NCBI GenBank assembly: GCA_051362555.1
Contig: CM120643.1
Coordinates: 25,052,848-25,116,847 of the forward strand
Length of the DNA: 64,000 nt
Direction: 5' to 3'
Source: Lingula anatina
Lineage: Eukaryota > Animalia > Brachiopoda
The position numbers and the translations under genes are program-made. The notes below the pieces were generated by a model. The model was not told the DNA's origin. It made no database searches and saw nothing but the letters and a program-made list of their open reading frames with translations. Positions 42,701-52,200 of the stretch are shown piece after piece (the first letter of the stretch is position 1; each line of letters starts with the position of its first letter).

Positions 42701-45700
42701 AAAGGTCAATTTCAAGGTCATAGTAAGATTGCCAGTATATGACTTCCTATTCAACTTCAATAGTAACTATGGACCTATCTCTGCCAGTTTAGGAGATATA
42801 AGGGACTAGATGTTATAATTTTGGAGTTACCATAATGTGCCTTAAATTTCGTACAGAAAAAATTAATTAAAATAAAGAAAATGTCATTTTGGTCAAAATT
42901 CTTGAAATAGGAGGTGCTGTGAAGTTTCAGAAGTTCAAATTTGATGAAATAATGTCATTTTTGAACACAAGTTGTCTGCTTTGCCAAGCCTTATGTTTTA
43001 TTGTACCACCAGCGTTAGCGCTGGCGGTACACATGGTTTCGGTCTCGTCCGGATCGTTCCGCCGGCTCCGCCGGCTCCGCCGGCTCCGCCGGCTCCGCCG
43101 GACGGCTACCGTTACCGCTTCTCCTCCTAGACGGTAAGGCCCCCCATACCCATCTCATGGATTTAGGTCACCTATAATCTCAACTCGTTCCACGTAAAAT
43201 TTGGGCTTTGTCGGTATTGGGGTCTGGGTGTGGCACTCATTGCAATGCACCCTTGTCCAAAAATGGCAAAATTAAATGCTAATTATCTACCCTACGGAAG
43301 GAGTTACGGGAAAAATTTCTACAGACGGCTTTCCAAAAGTCATATGTGTAGATTTCAAATATACCCTCGGATTTGACCTTTGACCTTTACTTCAAGGTCA
43401 AATGGGCCAAAATTTTCAAAAAAATGAAATTTTTTACGAAAAAAAAATTTTTTGCCCTGTTATTCAGACACCACACAGACTTAACCAATAATATTATTGG
43501 AAAGTGTTACCCTTCAGGTCATCTTTCATCTCCGTGAATTTGGGGTCAATCGGTGCATTTTCACAGGAGTAGCGGCCATAAGATACCGAAACTGAAAACT
43601 GTCTCTAATTCGGGAACCGTTAATGCTAGAGACCCATTCTTTTTTGCATTTTGTAGAGCATGTAAAGCCCAACACTGGAGGTGGTCTCGGTTTTTTTGTA
43701 TTCCATACGGTTTTCGAGTTACGCTGTATCAAAAAGTACATATTGGTGGTGAAAGGAAAATGTACGGAAGCCCACTGGTGCCATATGTAGAAAAAAAAAT
43801 TATCTCGAAATTTCGAGATACTATTTTGAAATTTGAACAAAAAAATTTACCACCAGCGTTAGCGCTGGCGGTACACATGGTTTCGGTCCCGTCCGGTCCG
43901 TTCCGCCGGCTCCGCCGCCATGTTACCGTTACCGCTTCTCCTCCTAGACGGTAAGGGCCCCCGTACCCATCTCATGGATTTAGGTAACCTATAATCTCAA
44001 CTCGTTCCACGTAAAATTTGGGCTTTGTCGGTATTGGGGTCTGGGTGTGGCACTCATTGCAATGCACCCTTGTCTAAAAATGGCAAAATTAAATGCTAAT
44101 TATCTACCCTACAGAAGGAGTTACGGGAAAAATTTCTATAGACGGCTTTCCAAAAGTCATATGTGTAGATTTCAAATATACCCTCGGATTTGACCTTTGA
44201 CCTTTACTTCAAGGTCAAATGGGTCAAAATTTTCAAAAAAATGAAATTTTTTACGAAAAAAAATTTTTTTGCCCTGTTATTCAGACGCCACACAGACTTA
44301 ACCAATAATATTATTGGAAAGTGTTACCCTTCAGGTCATCTTTCATCTCCGTGAATTTGGGGTCAATCGGTGCATTTTCACAGGAGTAGCGGCCATAAGA
44401 TACCGAAACTGAAAACTGTCTCTAATTCGGGAACCGTTAATGCTAGAGACCCATTCTTTTTTGCATTTTGTAGAGCATGTAAAGCCCAACACTGCAGGTG
44501 GTCTCGGTTTTTTTGTATTCCATACGGTTTTCGAGTTACGCTGTATCAGAAAGTACATATTGGTGGTGAAAGGAAAATGTACGGAAGCCGACTGGTGCCA
44601 TATGTAGAAAAAAAAATTATCTCGAAATTTCGAGATACTATTTTGAAATTTGAACAAAAAAAATTTTTATCTCGAAATTTCGAGATAGCATTTTGAAATT
44701 TGAACAAAAAAAAAATTATCTCGAAATTTCGAGATAGCATTTTGATATTTGAGCAAAAAAATTTATCTCGAAATTTCGAGATAGTATTTTGAAATTTGAA
44801 CAAAAAAAATGCTATCTCGAAATTTCGAGATAATTTTTTTTTTCAACATATGGCACCAGTCGGCTTCCGTAAAAATGTGCAGTATGGTAATGGATAATAA
44901 ATTTTGAACTCCGGAAAAATAAAACATAATGCTTGGCAAAGCAGACAACTTGTGGTCAAAAATGACATTATTTTATCAAATTTAAACTTCTGCAACTTCA
45001 GAGAACCTCCCATTTCAAGAACTTTGACCAAAATGACCTTTTCTTTATTTTAATTAATTTTTTCTGTAGGAAATTTATGGCACATTATGGTAACTCCAAA
45101 ATTATAACTCCAAAATTATAACATTTAGTCCCTTATATCTCCAAAACTGGCAGAGATAGGTCCATAGTTACTATTGAAGTTGAATAGGAAGTCATATACT
45201 GGCAATCTTACTGTGACCTTGACATTGACCTTTGACCTACTTTTCACCATGAACTGAACTTTGCAAATTTTGCTTCCCTTTTATCTCCAAAACTGGCAGA
45301 GATAGGTCCATAGTTACTATTGAAGTTGAATAGGAAGTCATATACTGGCAATCTTACTGTGACCTTGAAATTGACCTTTGACCTACTTATCACCATGAAC
45401 TGAACTTTGCAAATTTTGCTTCCCTTTTATCTCCAAAACTGGCAGAGATAGGTCCATAGTTACTATTGAACTTGAATAGGAAGTCATATACTGGCAATTT
45501 TACTGTGACCTTGAAATTGACCTTTGACCTACTTTTCACCTTGAACTGAACTTTGCAAAATTTGCTTCCCTTTTATCTCCAAAACTGGCAGAGATAGGTC
45601 CATAGTTACTATTGAAGTTGGATAGGAAGTCATATACTGGCAATTTTACTGTGACCTTGAAATTGACCTTTGACCTTCTTTTCACCATGAACTGAACTTT

Positions 45701-48700
45701 GCAAATTTTGCTTCCCTTTTATCTCCAAAACTGGCAGAGATAGGTCCATAGTTACTATTGAAGTTGAATAGGAAGTCATATACTGGCAATCTTACTGTGA
45801 CCTTGAAATTGACCTTTGACCTACTTATCACCATGAACTGAACTTTGCAAATTTTGCTTCCCTTTTATCTCCAAAACTGGCAGAGATAGGTCCATAGTTA
45901 CTATTGAACTTGAATAGGAAGTCATATACTGGCAATTTTACTGTGACCTTGAAATTGACCTTTGACCTACTTTTCACCTTGAACTGAACTTTGCAAAATT
46001 TGCTTCCCTTTTATCTCCAAAACTGGCAGAGATAGGTCCATAGTTACTATTGAACTTGCATAGGAAGTCATATACTGGCAATTTTACTGTGTCCTTGAAA
46101 TTGACCTTTGACCTTCTTTTCACCATGAACTGAACTTTGCAAATTTTGCTTCCCTTTTATCTCCAAAACTGGCAGAGATAGGTCCATAGTTACTATTGAA
46201 GTTGAATAGGAAGTCATATACTGGCAATCTAAATGTGACCTTGAAATTGACCTTTGACCTACTTTTCACCATGAACTGAACTTTGCAAATTTTGCTTCCC
46301 TTTTATCTCCAAAACTGGCAGAGATAGGTCCATAGTTACTATTGAAGTTGAATAGGAAGTCATATACTGGCAATCTTACTGTGACCTTGAAATTGACCTT
46401 TGACCTACTTTTCACCATGAACTGAACTTTGCAAATTTTGCTTCCCTTTTATCTCCAAAACTGGCAGAGATAGGTCCATAGTTACTATTGAAGTTGGATA
46501 GGAAGTCATATACTGGCAATTTACTGTGACCTTGAAATTGACCTTTGACCTACCTTACAATGAACTTAACTTTGATTGCACCATTTTTAGTTATATATAT
46601 TTTTTGCATATTTTGAAAATTCTTGTTGATTGCATTTTTACAGCTTGTCAAGCACAAGACTGGTGGCTGTACCCCTTATTTTGTGTATGTGGGGGTCTAT
46701 ACGAATGCGCTTGCTCCAGCTGGTGGTACAATATTCGGAGGCGGTATCGCCTCTCTGATCCTCTAGTTTTTCCAGAGTTCAAAATTTATTATCCATTACC
46801 GTACTGCACATTTTGCTTTTACCACCAATATGTACTTTTTGATACAGCGTAACTCGAAAACCGTATGGAATACAAAAAAACCGAGACCACCTCTAGTGTT
46901 GGGCTTTACATGCTCTACAAAATGCTAAAAAGAATGGGTCTCTAGCATTAACGGTTCCCAAATTAGAGACAGTTTTCAGTTTCGGTATCTTATGGCCGCT
47001 ACTCCCATGAAAATGCACCGATTGACCCCAAATTCATGGAGATGAAAGATGACCTGAAGGGTAACACTTTCCAATAATATTATTGGTTAAGTCTGTGTGG
47101 TGTCTGAATAACAGGGCAAAAAAAATTTTTTTCGTAAAAAATTTCATTTTTTTGAAAATTTTGGCCCATTTGACCTTGAAGTAGAGGTCAAAGGTCAAAT
47201 CCAAGGGTATATTTGAAATCTACACATATGACTTTTGGAAAGCCGTCTATAGAAATTTTTCCCATAACTCCTTCCGTAGGGTAGATAATTAGCATTTAAT
47301 TTTGCCATTTTTAGACAAGGGTGCATTGCAATGAGTGCCACACCCAGACCCCAATACCGACAAAGCCCAAATTTTACGTGGAACGAGTTGAGATTATAGG
47401 TGACCTAAATCCATGAGATGGGTACGGTGGCCCTTACCGTCTAGGAGGAGAAGCGGTAACGGTAGCCGTCCGGCGGAGCCGGCGGAGCCAACGGAGCCGG
47501 CGGAGCCGGCGGAGCCGGCGGAACGATCCGGACGAGACCGAAACCATGTGTACCGCCAGCGCTAACGCTGGTGGTACAATTAGGACTCTGGGCTTCATGT
47601 ACAAAACAGCAACAGAAAGGCATCAGTTTATTTGGATTATATTATAATAAGTTTCTCAAAATATAAGCATTTTTCTCAGAAACTGACAAAAACAATTACA
47701 AAATACTTGAAAATTCAATTTTTTTTCTTCACATTTACTATAAGCTTTCTGGATCACATGTTACAGTCATCAACATTTGTGCAGTATGCACATTCACTAG
47801 CACAGTGAATACCTACAGGCTGTTTCTTTCAGATTTTATGAAAGCTCACCCATCTCACGTCACACACATACACGTACATACATGCACACATATATGCATG
47901 CATACACATGCCAGGCCTGTAGCCAGCAATTTCAAAAGGGGGGTTCTTTTTCTGAAAAAGTGGACCTTTTTCCCTAAATACATCATGTACCTAGATCAAA
48001 TTTTACCCAAAGTGGACCTTTTCCCAGCAAAAGGGGCGGTTCTTTCGAACCTCCCCCCCCCCCGGCTACGGGCCTGCATGCGTACACACACACACACACA
48101 CCACACACTCGCACACAAACACATACCCACACATACACTATCATGGAGTTATATGGAATTGAGACTGTTTAGACCTGCCTACTTTTTAACTAAAAATAGC
48201 CTACCTGTGCTAAGCCTAGTAAGAATATTGTAGAAATGAACTATAATTTAGCACCGTTGTCAAATTTTTACAGCTGTATGATCTTTGGGTAAAATTTTAC
48301 TCTTAATAAATACCCATGTAAAGTCTGCCCTGCTTTTTGTTTTATTTAGTTATAATGTCAAGTCCTACGTATACTTTTCTGCCATTGACACTAAGTTGTT
48401 GTTATTCTAAACAGAATCGTCAAACTATACATGTACAACATGCAAAACAGTATTTCTTATGACTAGTCCAGAGGCTAAGACGTCAACTGCAAGGAGTTTT
48501 GTGTCATTAGCTAGATGACATATAAAACATAGTAAACACATCTCTGGTCTACTTGAATATCAATCATATAATATTTAAGTAAGACTTTATGAGATTTAAC
48601 AAATATTATTTTGTTTCAGTCCATCAGATAAAATAATTAACAATTCTACACATTTACACTCTTGAAATTAACTGGTAAGGCTAGAGCTGACAGAAAGAAA

Positions 48701-49270
48701 AAAACATGAAATTTAGGTTTATTTTCTAGGTGAATTTTTTCAGGAATGGCCCTTATACCATAAAGACCAAGTATAAGGTGTAGTTGTGTTAGTTGTTATT
48801 GATGCATTGCATTAACTGTCAGTGAAGATTTTTCCCACTGATACCACACTACTTCATAGGTTGTCTTAATTAATCCTATGATGTGGCTATTTATGATCCC
48901 TTGCCTGTCACTACTGATCAGGGAATTACAAGATAGCCCCTAAACACATTAAAGTCAAGCCCTCATTTTCAGTTTCATTATTCATGCAAAATAGGGGCTT
49001 GTTTCTACTTAATACAGCCACGATAGGATGCACTAGTTGCTCTTATTTGTGATACCTTTTCTTTTCCAGATTTATTTAATACCAGAAAATGAAATACACT
49101 ACAAAACCTACCCTGTATCTGCGCAGGGTCCAGATTGACCGCTTTCTTTTCCTCCTGGGGTTGAAGAGTAGGTCCCTGGAATCCTGCTTTCGTATGGCGT
49201 TCTCTGTCCTGTTGGTGAGACTGTAGGTGGGGTTACTCACACGGAGCATAAAGGGCTCGCCTTTCTCCAT
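318..49270 (-). CDS. ADCY2: Transmembrane adenylyl cyclase, AC2/4/7 (Ac76E-like) group; spliced gene span, 3' end outside window
   Basis: Phase-consistent exon chain encoding M1 TMs, C1a ([39 protein letters not shown]), C1b ([22 protein letters not shown], typical of the AC2 group), M2 TMs and the start of C2a ([25 protein letters not shown]). Confidence 0.9.
872..1030 (-). CDS. ADCY2: Adenylyl cyclase exon, helical region before C2a ([12 protein letters not shown]...[11 protein letters not shown])
   Basis: catag| acceptor, |GTGAGG donor, 159 nt, RLDFLWK and LLENILP motifs. Confidence 0.93.
1201..1738 (-). repeat. 59-bp tandem repeat, 9 copies, each = exon 3' end + GTAAGT donor
   Basis: The cttacctgtctgtc motif recurs every 59 nt from ~1205 to ~1677, with minor variants between copies. 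Confidence 0.95.
1682..1760 (-). CDS. ADCY2: Adenylyl cyclase exon, last M2 TM helix ([26 protein letters not shown])
   Basis: ttccag| acceptor, |GTAAGT donor, 79 nt, phase 2/0 fits both neighbours; LH..DRQ motif. Confidence 0.85.
2075..2250 (-). CDS. ADCY2: Adenylyl cyclase exon, M2 TMs ([24 protein letters not shown]...)
   Basis: tttcag| acceptor, |GTAAGT donor, 176 nt, phase 0/2. Confidence 0.88.
2659..2739 (-). CDS. ADCY2: Adenylyl cyclase exon, M2 extracellular loop ([27 protein letters not shown])
   Basis: tttcag| acceptor, |GTAAGT donor, 81 nt; two Cys and an N-glycosylation sequon (NIT) as expected for this loop. Confidence 0.8.
3138..3272 (-). CDS. ADCY2: Adenylyl cyclase exon, M2 ([10 protein letters not shown]...LAVVTV)
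   Basis: tctag| acceptor, |GTAAGT donor, 135 nt, phase 0/0, hydrophobic. Confidence 0.82.
3431..3515 (-). CDS. ADCY2: Adenylyl cyclase exon, M2 TM ([28 protein letters not shown])
   Basis: ttacag| acceptor, |GTAAGT donor, 85 nt, phase 2/0. Confidence 0.82.
3536..3586. repeat. (CATAT)n microsatellite
   Basis: About 10 pentamer copies visible. Confidence 0.9.
3958..4125 (-). CDS. ADCY2: Adenylyl cyclase exon, end of C1b plus TM7 ([15 protein letters not shown]...FKYYVTC...)
   Basis: cttcag| acceptor, |GTAAAT donor, 168 nt, phase 2/2; W..SED..L.F and FKYY motifs. Confidence 0.88.
   Translation of the reverse strand, partial: TLVQVRRHECLSSYIPKKPVGARLQQTGRRLIQVLCYLHGCHLCLYGSCTVSAFA
4707..4892 (+). 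mobile_element. Short HINE/DINE-type element
   Basis: Starts aactagaaaagcactc; subterminal acctctgccaagg is matched by the 3' hairpin acctccttggcagaggt. Confidence 0.65.
7700..8560 (+). repeat. ~161-bp satellite-like core array (about 5 units)
   Basis: Recurring gatcatgctgattttcgaacttgacctgcgtattatgaatattcatcagttc unit. Confidence 0.85.
9880..10362 (+). repeat. 161-bp tandem array (3 units)
   Basis: gacccgatcatg at 9930, 10091 and 10252 (period 161). Confidence 0.9.
11012..11179 (+). mobile_element. MITE with CAGGCCC..TAGCCAG TIRs and 5-bp TSD (TATAA)
   Basis: TIRs caggcccatagccag / ctggctacgggcctg; tataa on both sides; second copy at 47912-48076. Confidence 0.85.
11231..11286 (-). CDS. 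ADCY2: Adenylyl cyclase small C1b exon ([18 protein letters not shown])
   Basis: ttttcag| acceptor, |GTGATT donor, 56 nt; phase 0/2 is needed to bridge the flanking exons. Confidence 0.75.
11671..11826 (-). CDS. ADCY2: Adenylyl cyclase C1b exon ([22 protein letters not shown])
   Basis: ttttag| acceptor, |GTAAGC donor, 156 nt; AC2-group signature. Confidence 0.9.
12191..12326 (-). CDS. ADCY2: Adenylyl cyclase exon, end of C1a (RVHISKYTL...VETYLIIPP)
   Basis: ttacag| acceptor, |GTAAGT donor, 136 nt, phase 2/0. Confidence 0.93.
12630..12881. mobile_element. Old palindromic MITE-like element (relative at ~51925-52152)
   Basis: Nested inverted repeats (cactaaattgctatc / gatagcaatttagtg; aaatgtttgtcacgc / gcgtgacagacattt). 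Confidence 0.55.
12984..13142 (-). CDS. ADCY2: Adenylyl cyclase C1a exon ([38 protein letters not shown])
   Basis: tgcag| acceptor, |GTGAGG donor, 159 nt, phase 2/2; canonical cyclase motif. Confidence 0.95.
13453..13580 (-). CDS. ADCY2: Adenylyl cyclase C1a exon ([21 protein letters not shown]...)
   Basis: tttcag| acceptor, |GTATAT donor, 128 nt; second metal-binding Asp. Confidence 0.95.
14046..14157 (-). CDS. ADCY2: Adenylyl cyclase C1a exon ([16 protein letters not shown]...LNELFGRFD)
   Basis: tttcag| acceptor, |GTATAT donor, 112 nt, phase 2/0; first metal-binding Asp. Confidence 0.95.
14610..14773 (-). CDS. ADCY2: Adenylyl cyclase mutually exclusive exon B, canonical ([17 protein letters not shown]...[14 protein letters not shown])
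   Basis: ttgcag| acceptor, |GTACAG donor, 164 nt, phase 0/2. Confidence 0.9.
15489..15625 (-). CDS. ADCY2: Adenylyl cyclase mutually exclusive exon A, divergent ([21 protein letters not shown]...[14 protein letters not shown])
   Basis: ttacag| acceptor, |GTACAG donor, 137 nt, phase 0/2, open frame, homologous to exon B. Confidence 0.8.
16767..16916 (-). CDS. ADCY2: Adenylyl cyclase exon, TM6 plus helical domain ([12 protein letters not shown]...[24 protein letters not shown])
   Basis: ttccag| acceptor, |GTTTGT donor, 150 nt. Confidence 0.93.
17459..17815 (-). CDS. ADCY2: Adenylyl cyclase M1 exon (HADHPNST...YTMLPLS...DYLEYQ)
   Basis: ttccag| acceptor, |GTAGGT donor, 357 nt; YTMLP motif and several TM segments. 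Confidence 0.9.
18204..19153 (+). mobile_element. Non-autonomous TIR element with 5-bp TSD (CTATT)
   Basis: caggggcgtaac...gttacgcccatg termini; ctatt on both sides. Confidence 0.7.
19521..19658 (-). CDS. ADCY2: Adenylyl cyclase common exon 2 ([15 protein letters not shown]...DFASP)
   Basis: ttctag| acceptor, |GTGAGT donor, 138 nt; KF.S..E.LYQRY motif. Confidence 0.9.
23393..23635. mobile_element. Old palindromic MITE family copy (relatives at ~20665-20890, 25255-25570, 29155-29300)
   Basis: Termini agggtggattcacaatgaa / ttcattgtgaacacaccct; shared core tcccatgtacttgtataatca..agcttttctgtatt..caatgccaggaggaggcatg. Confidence 0.6.
25379..25535 (+). mobile_element. Small MITE nested in the palindromic family copy
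   Basis: ctgggccccataa...ttacggggccctg inverted termini; CpG-rich. Confidence 0.55.
29427..29598 (+). mobile_element. MITE with CTGGGGTAG TIRs and 5-bp TSD (TATAT)
   Basis: ctggggtagc...ctaccccag; tatat on both sides. Confidence 0.75.
30294..30428 (-). CDS. ADCY2: Candidate alternative first coding exon 1b ([45 protein letters not shown])
   Basis: GGCAAAATG start with upstream in-frame TAG, 45 open codons, CAGG|GTAAGT donor, phase 0 matches exon 2; locally CpG-rich. Confidence 0.6.
39925..42800 (+). repeat. 146-bp tandem array, about 20 units
   Basis: ggtcaaaggtc at 40801, 40947 and 41093 (period 146). Confidence 0.95.
44580..44871. mobile_element. MITE with TAC..GTA termini and 6-bp TSD (IS3EU-like), internal palindromic repeats
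   Basis: TIR tacggaagccgactggtgccatatgt; aaaatg on both sides; five tatctcgaaatttcgagata palindromes; empty site in the outer copy at ~46809. Confidence 0.8.
45130..46555 (-). repeat. 146-bp tandem array, about 10 units, reverse orientation
   Basis: Reverse complement of the 39925-42800 unit. Confidence 0.93.
47912..48076 (+). mobile_element. MITE of the same family as 11012-11179, 5-bp TSD CATGC
   Basis: Near-identical body; catgc on both sides. Confidence 0.85.
49112..49270 (-). CDS. ADCY2: Candidate first coding exon 1a ([16 protein letters not shown]...[14 protein letters not shown])
   Basis: AAACGATGG start with in-frame TAA just upstream; acceptor (tcacag|) at 49278; CAGG|GTAGGT donor in phase 0 joins DKFKS; possible UTR exon donor at 49586. 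Confidence 0.68.
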
Positions 49271-52200
49271 CGTTTAGGCTGTGAACACTCAAAAAGAAAC
49301 ACAACTAATGAAAAAATTCATGTTTGTGCTTGTTGATGTCCCGCTATTTAGACTACAGATGGGTTTACTACAAATAAGAACGCCCCCTTCCACTTTTGGT
49401 AATGGAATATAAAAAGTTATTTTCTTCAGAAAAAATTATGTGAATGCATCACTAACAGATGCCAAAATGAATATAGTACAAGGACTGAAGGTATAAGTAT
49501 GTATATCAGCTTAAATTAAATATTACTAATGAAATGATCAAAATTATGAATAAGCTCATTTGGTTAAATGTATTAATCAACTTACCACTTTGTATCTTTT
49601 TGGAAGCAAACTCCTGAAAGCTGACGGCAATAAGTTTCACACTTGTCTTTCTTTGGCAAGATAATAATGGCTCTGTAGAAACATATCTCTGGATCCAATC
49701 CCATGTACTTTATCATATATAACTAATAAATTTTCCTTTTCTGCAATACAGGAGTCCTCTTTCACATGAAAAACTTGAAGATCAAAAATGTATCTTTACA
49801 CATATGTTGTTAGCACTTTAACATAAAATTCTGAAGAGTTTTCTAACTTTCCACCAAGGTCTTCAGCAATTGTCCAAGTTTAAGTCAAGATCCTACAACA
49901 CGCACAAAGGTATGTCAGAAAGTGAAGTCTCTTCAACTTGTGTGTATAAAAAAATGCAAGCCTCTTGCCAGACATTTATGCTCCAGTATTCTTGCCCTAA
50001 AGATGTAAATCTCTCCTAACAAATTTAATCAACATACAGGTTTTACCTGTGATAGCACTGATGCCCCAAAGCTGTACAAGAGTGATTACACTAATTATAC
50101 ATGCTCTGGGCCCACTTGTAAAGAAGCATGTCTTGGGGCAAGGCATATGGATGTATGGAGGCCTGCCATGCCAGCTGCTCCAGGGGGTTGTTGAAATGAC
50201 TTTGGTCAAATTAACACAGTGCCAAGATTTGACTTCCCTGTATTTGACAGTCTCTGTCCGTGTGTCATCTTACCAAGTGTGTGGGTTAAATATGTCGCTC
50301 CTGTTGTTTGCTATACGTCAGTCATTTATCACTGCCATTAAAAAATCACCTATGTAATTATGGTCATTGTTTTTAATGGTTAAATTTATGACACTATAAA
50401 GACTATTCAGTTTCATTCAAGTTTTGACAAGTTGCATTAATGACACTTTTTTTAGTAAAAATATATCATCTATAATTTTTTTTAAAGAGGATGGATTTTT
50501 GAAATCACAAGAAAAAGAAAGGGAAATATTGAATTTCATGAATAAGAAAATGAATCATGGCTAAACTTAACATACCATACTGATAAATTCTAAGATAATC
50601 TGAAAAATGTTCCAACAGATTATAACCATTGTAAAATATGGTGAAATAGAATGGAAACATACATTCAAAGAGGATGGGAGACTTTGGATATTCAACCCCC
50701 CTCACCCTCCAAGCGAGAGCCTTTACTTTACTTATAATGTCATTTCTCTTTTCCATGCACATTAAATAGCCAAACAAAGACTGGTACAATATAGCAGGAA
50801 ATTACTAGTTTGTGCCTGTGGAGCTGGTGTAAATATTCAAGTAAAAGAATTGCTTGTCGGTAAGCCTTTGGTCATTCTAAGAAATGTTATTCTAAGAAAT
50901 GCAGTCCCAAAAATTAAAATTGGGCAAATTGACAGCATTGAACTTTAATTAATTTTTTCTATAATATGCTTTGGAGGTTTATTATTTATACTTTTTTCAG
51001 AATAGGTCAATAAAATACTTTCATATTTTCTGCATTTTTGGCTTTTTACACTACTCTGGTTTTTGAATTACCAGTTGAATTACGTGTACCAACTACAACT
51101 ATGACATTAATGCTCTTCATTTGATGACGCAAACATGATCCTGAGGCAAAATGTCACACATCTTTTACAGCGTTACTGACCACCAAATAATATCCGAAAT
51201 GGTTCCCAGAGGGTAACAAAAGTGAGAACTTATCAAATAAACAAAGAAAGTCTTCTGCTCCATGTCTGTACACTACAATTTAGACGGGAAACCTTTTTTC
51301 TTTAACACAGCTTTGGACATGACATAATAGTTGTCTTTTAAGGGTGCCATGATTGAGACATAACACTTGAAAAGGGCATAAACATATTTTCCAGTGGCAA
51401 GTTGAAGGACGTATGCACACTTCCTGAAGCACAAATACGCGTCTCGAGACAGGGACAAGGATATAAGCCATAACATGCTGGTCTGGAAAGAGGCCTTCAA
51501 AAATTGACAAACTCCATGAATTTGATTCATCATCTAGACTGGTATTATAGAAAGTTAAAACATGCCTGAATCACAAAAAAAAAAAAAAAAAAAAAAAAAA
51601 AACTGTATGACTTTATTGTAAATTAGGACTGGCTTCACAAAAGACGTTTGGCCTGAAAATGTAACTTGTAAATCAAACATTTAGCATTTACTTCAGTTCA
51701 AGGTAAAGCATTGTAGTACATATATTTATCTCATATAAATAATTTAAGTATTGGTATGATAAATCAGCCACACCTTTCTTGGTATAATACAGGTGTAATA
51801 CTTCATTTAGTTGGATAAAAGGAAAGTAAAATTTTGGTCCAAAAATTTAGAACAAATTTCTGGTTAAGATTCTCCTTGGGAACCACACCCTTTTACATCC
51901 AGTACGTGAGCATTACAACAGTTACTGTGGATGGGTCTATTTCCTTGGGGATTCTCACTAAATTGCCATCAACTTCAGTGGATTAGATGTCTGTCTTGCC
52001 TCCTGAAGCTGCTAGGGGATAATTTGTTTAGCAGCTCTAGTAGGCGTGCCAGACATCTAAGCTGTTTAAGCTGAAGGCAATGTAGCGAAAAAAAAAAAAT
52101 TGGAGGTGGATCCATCCTGTTAGATCGATCTAGGTATGTGAACCCAGTGTAAGGTGTGTGGACAAGAAATAAGGACACACACACAAGTTATGTCCAGTAG

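Larger units (their letters stand above)
43000..46768 (-). mobile_element. Inner antisense copy of the same HINE family, with duplicated 3' end
   Basis: 5' end ctctagtt at ~46761-46768; 3' hairpins at ~43000 and ~43848; the outer element sequence resumes across a T-run. Confidence 0.85.
39717..47582 (+). mobile_element. Helentron/HINE-type element (outer copy) with 146-bp satellite core, interrupted by an antisense copy
   Basis: aactagagg 5' end; subTIR attgtaccaccagc (~39752) is matched by the 3' hairpin gtaccgccagcgctaacgctggtggtacaat (~47550-47580); (CCGGCGGAG)n near the 3' end. Confidence 0.85.

Noticed and set aside
40349-46852. Multiple ORFs in the satellite/HINE block
   Set aside because: Repeat-derived and interrupted in sibling copies; no Rep/helicase motifs
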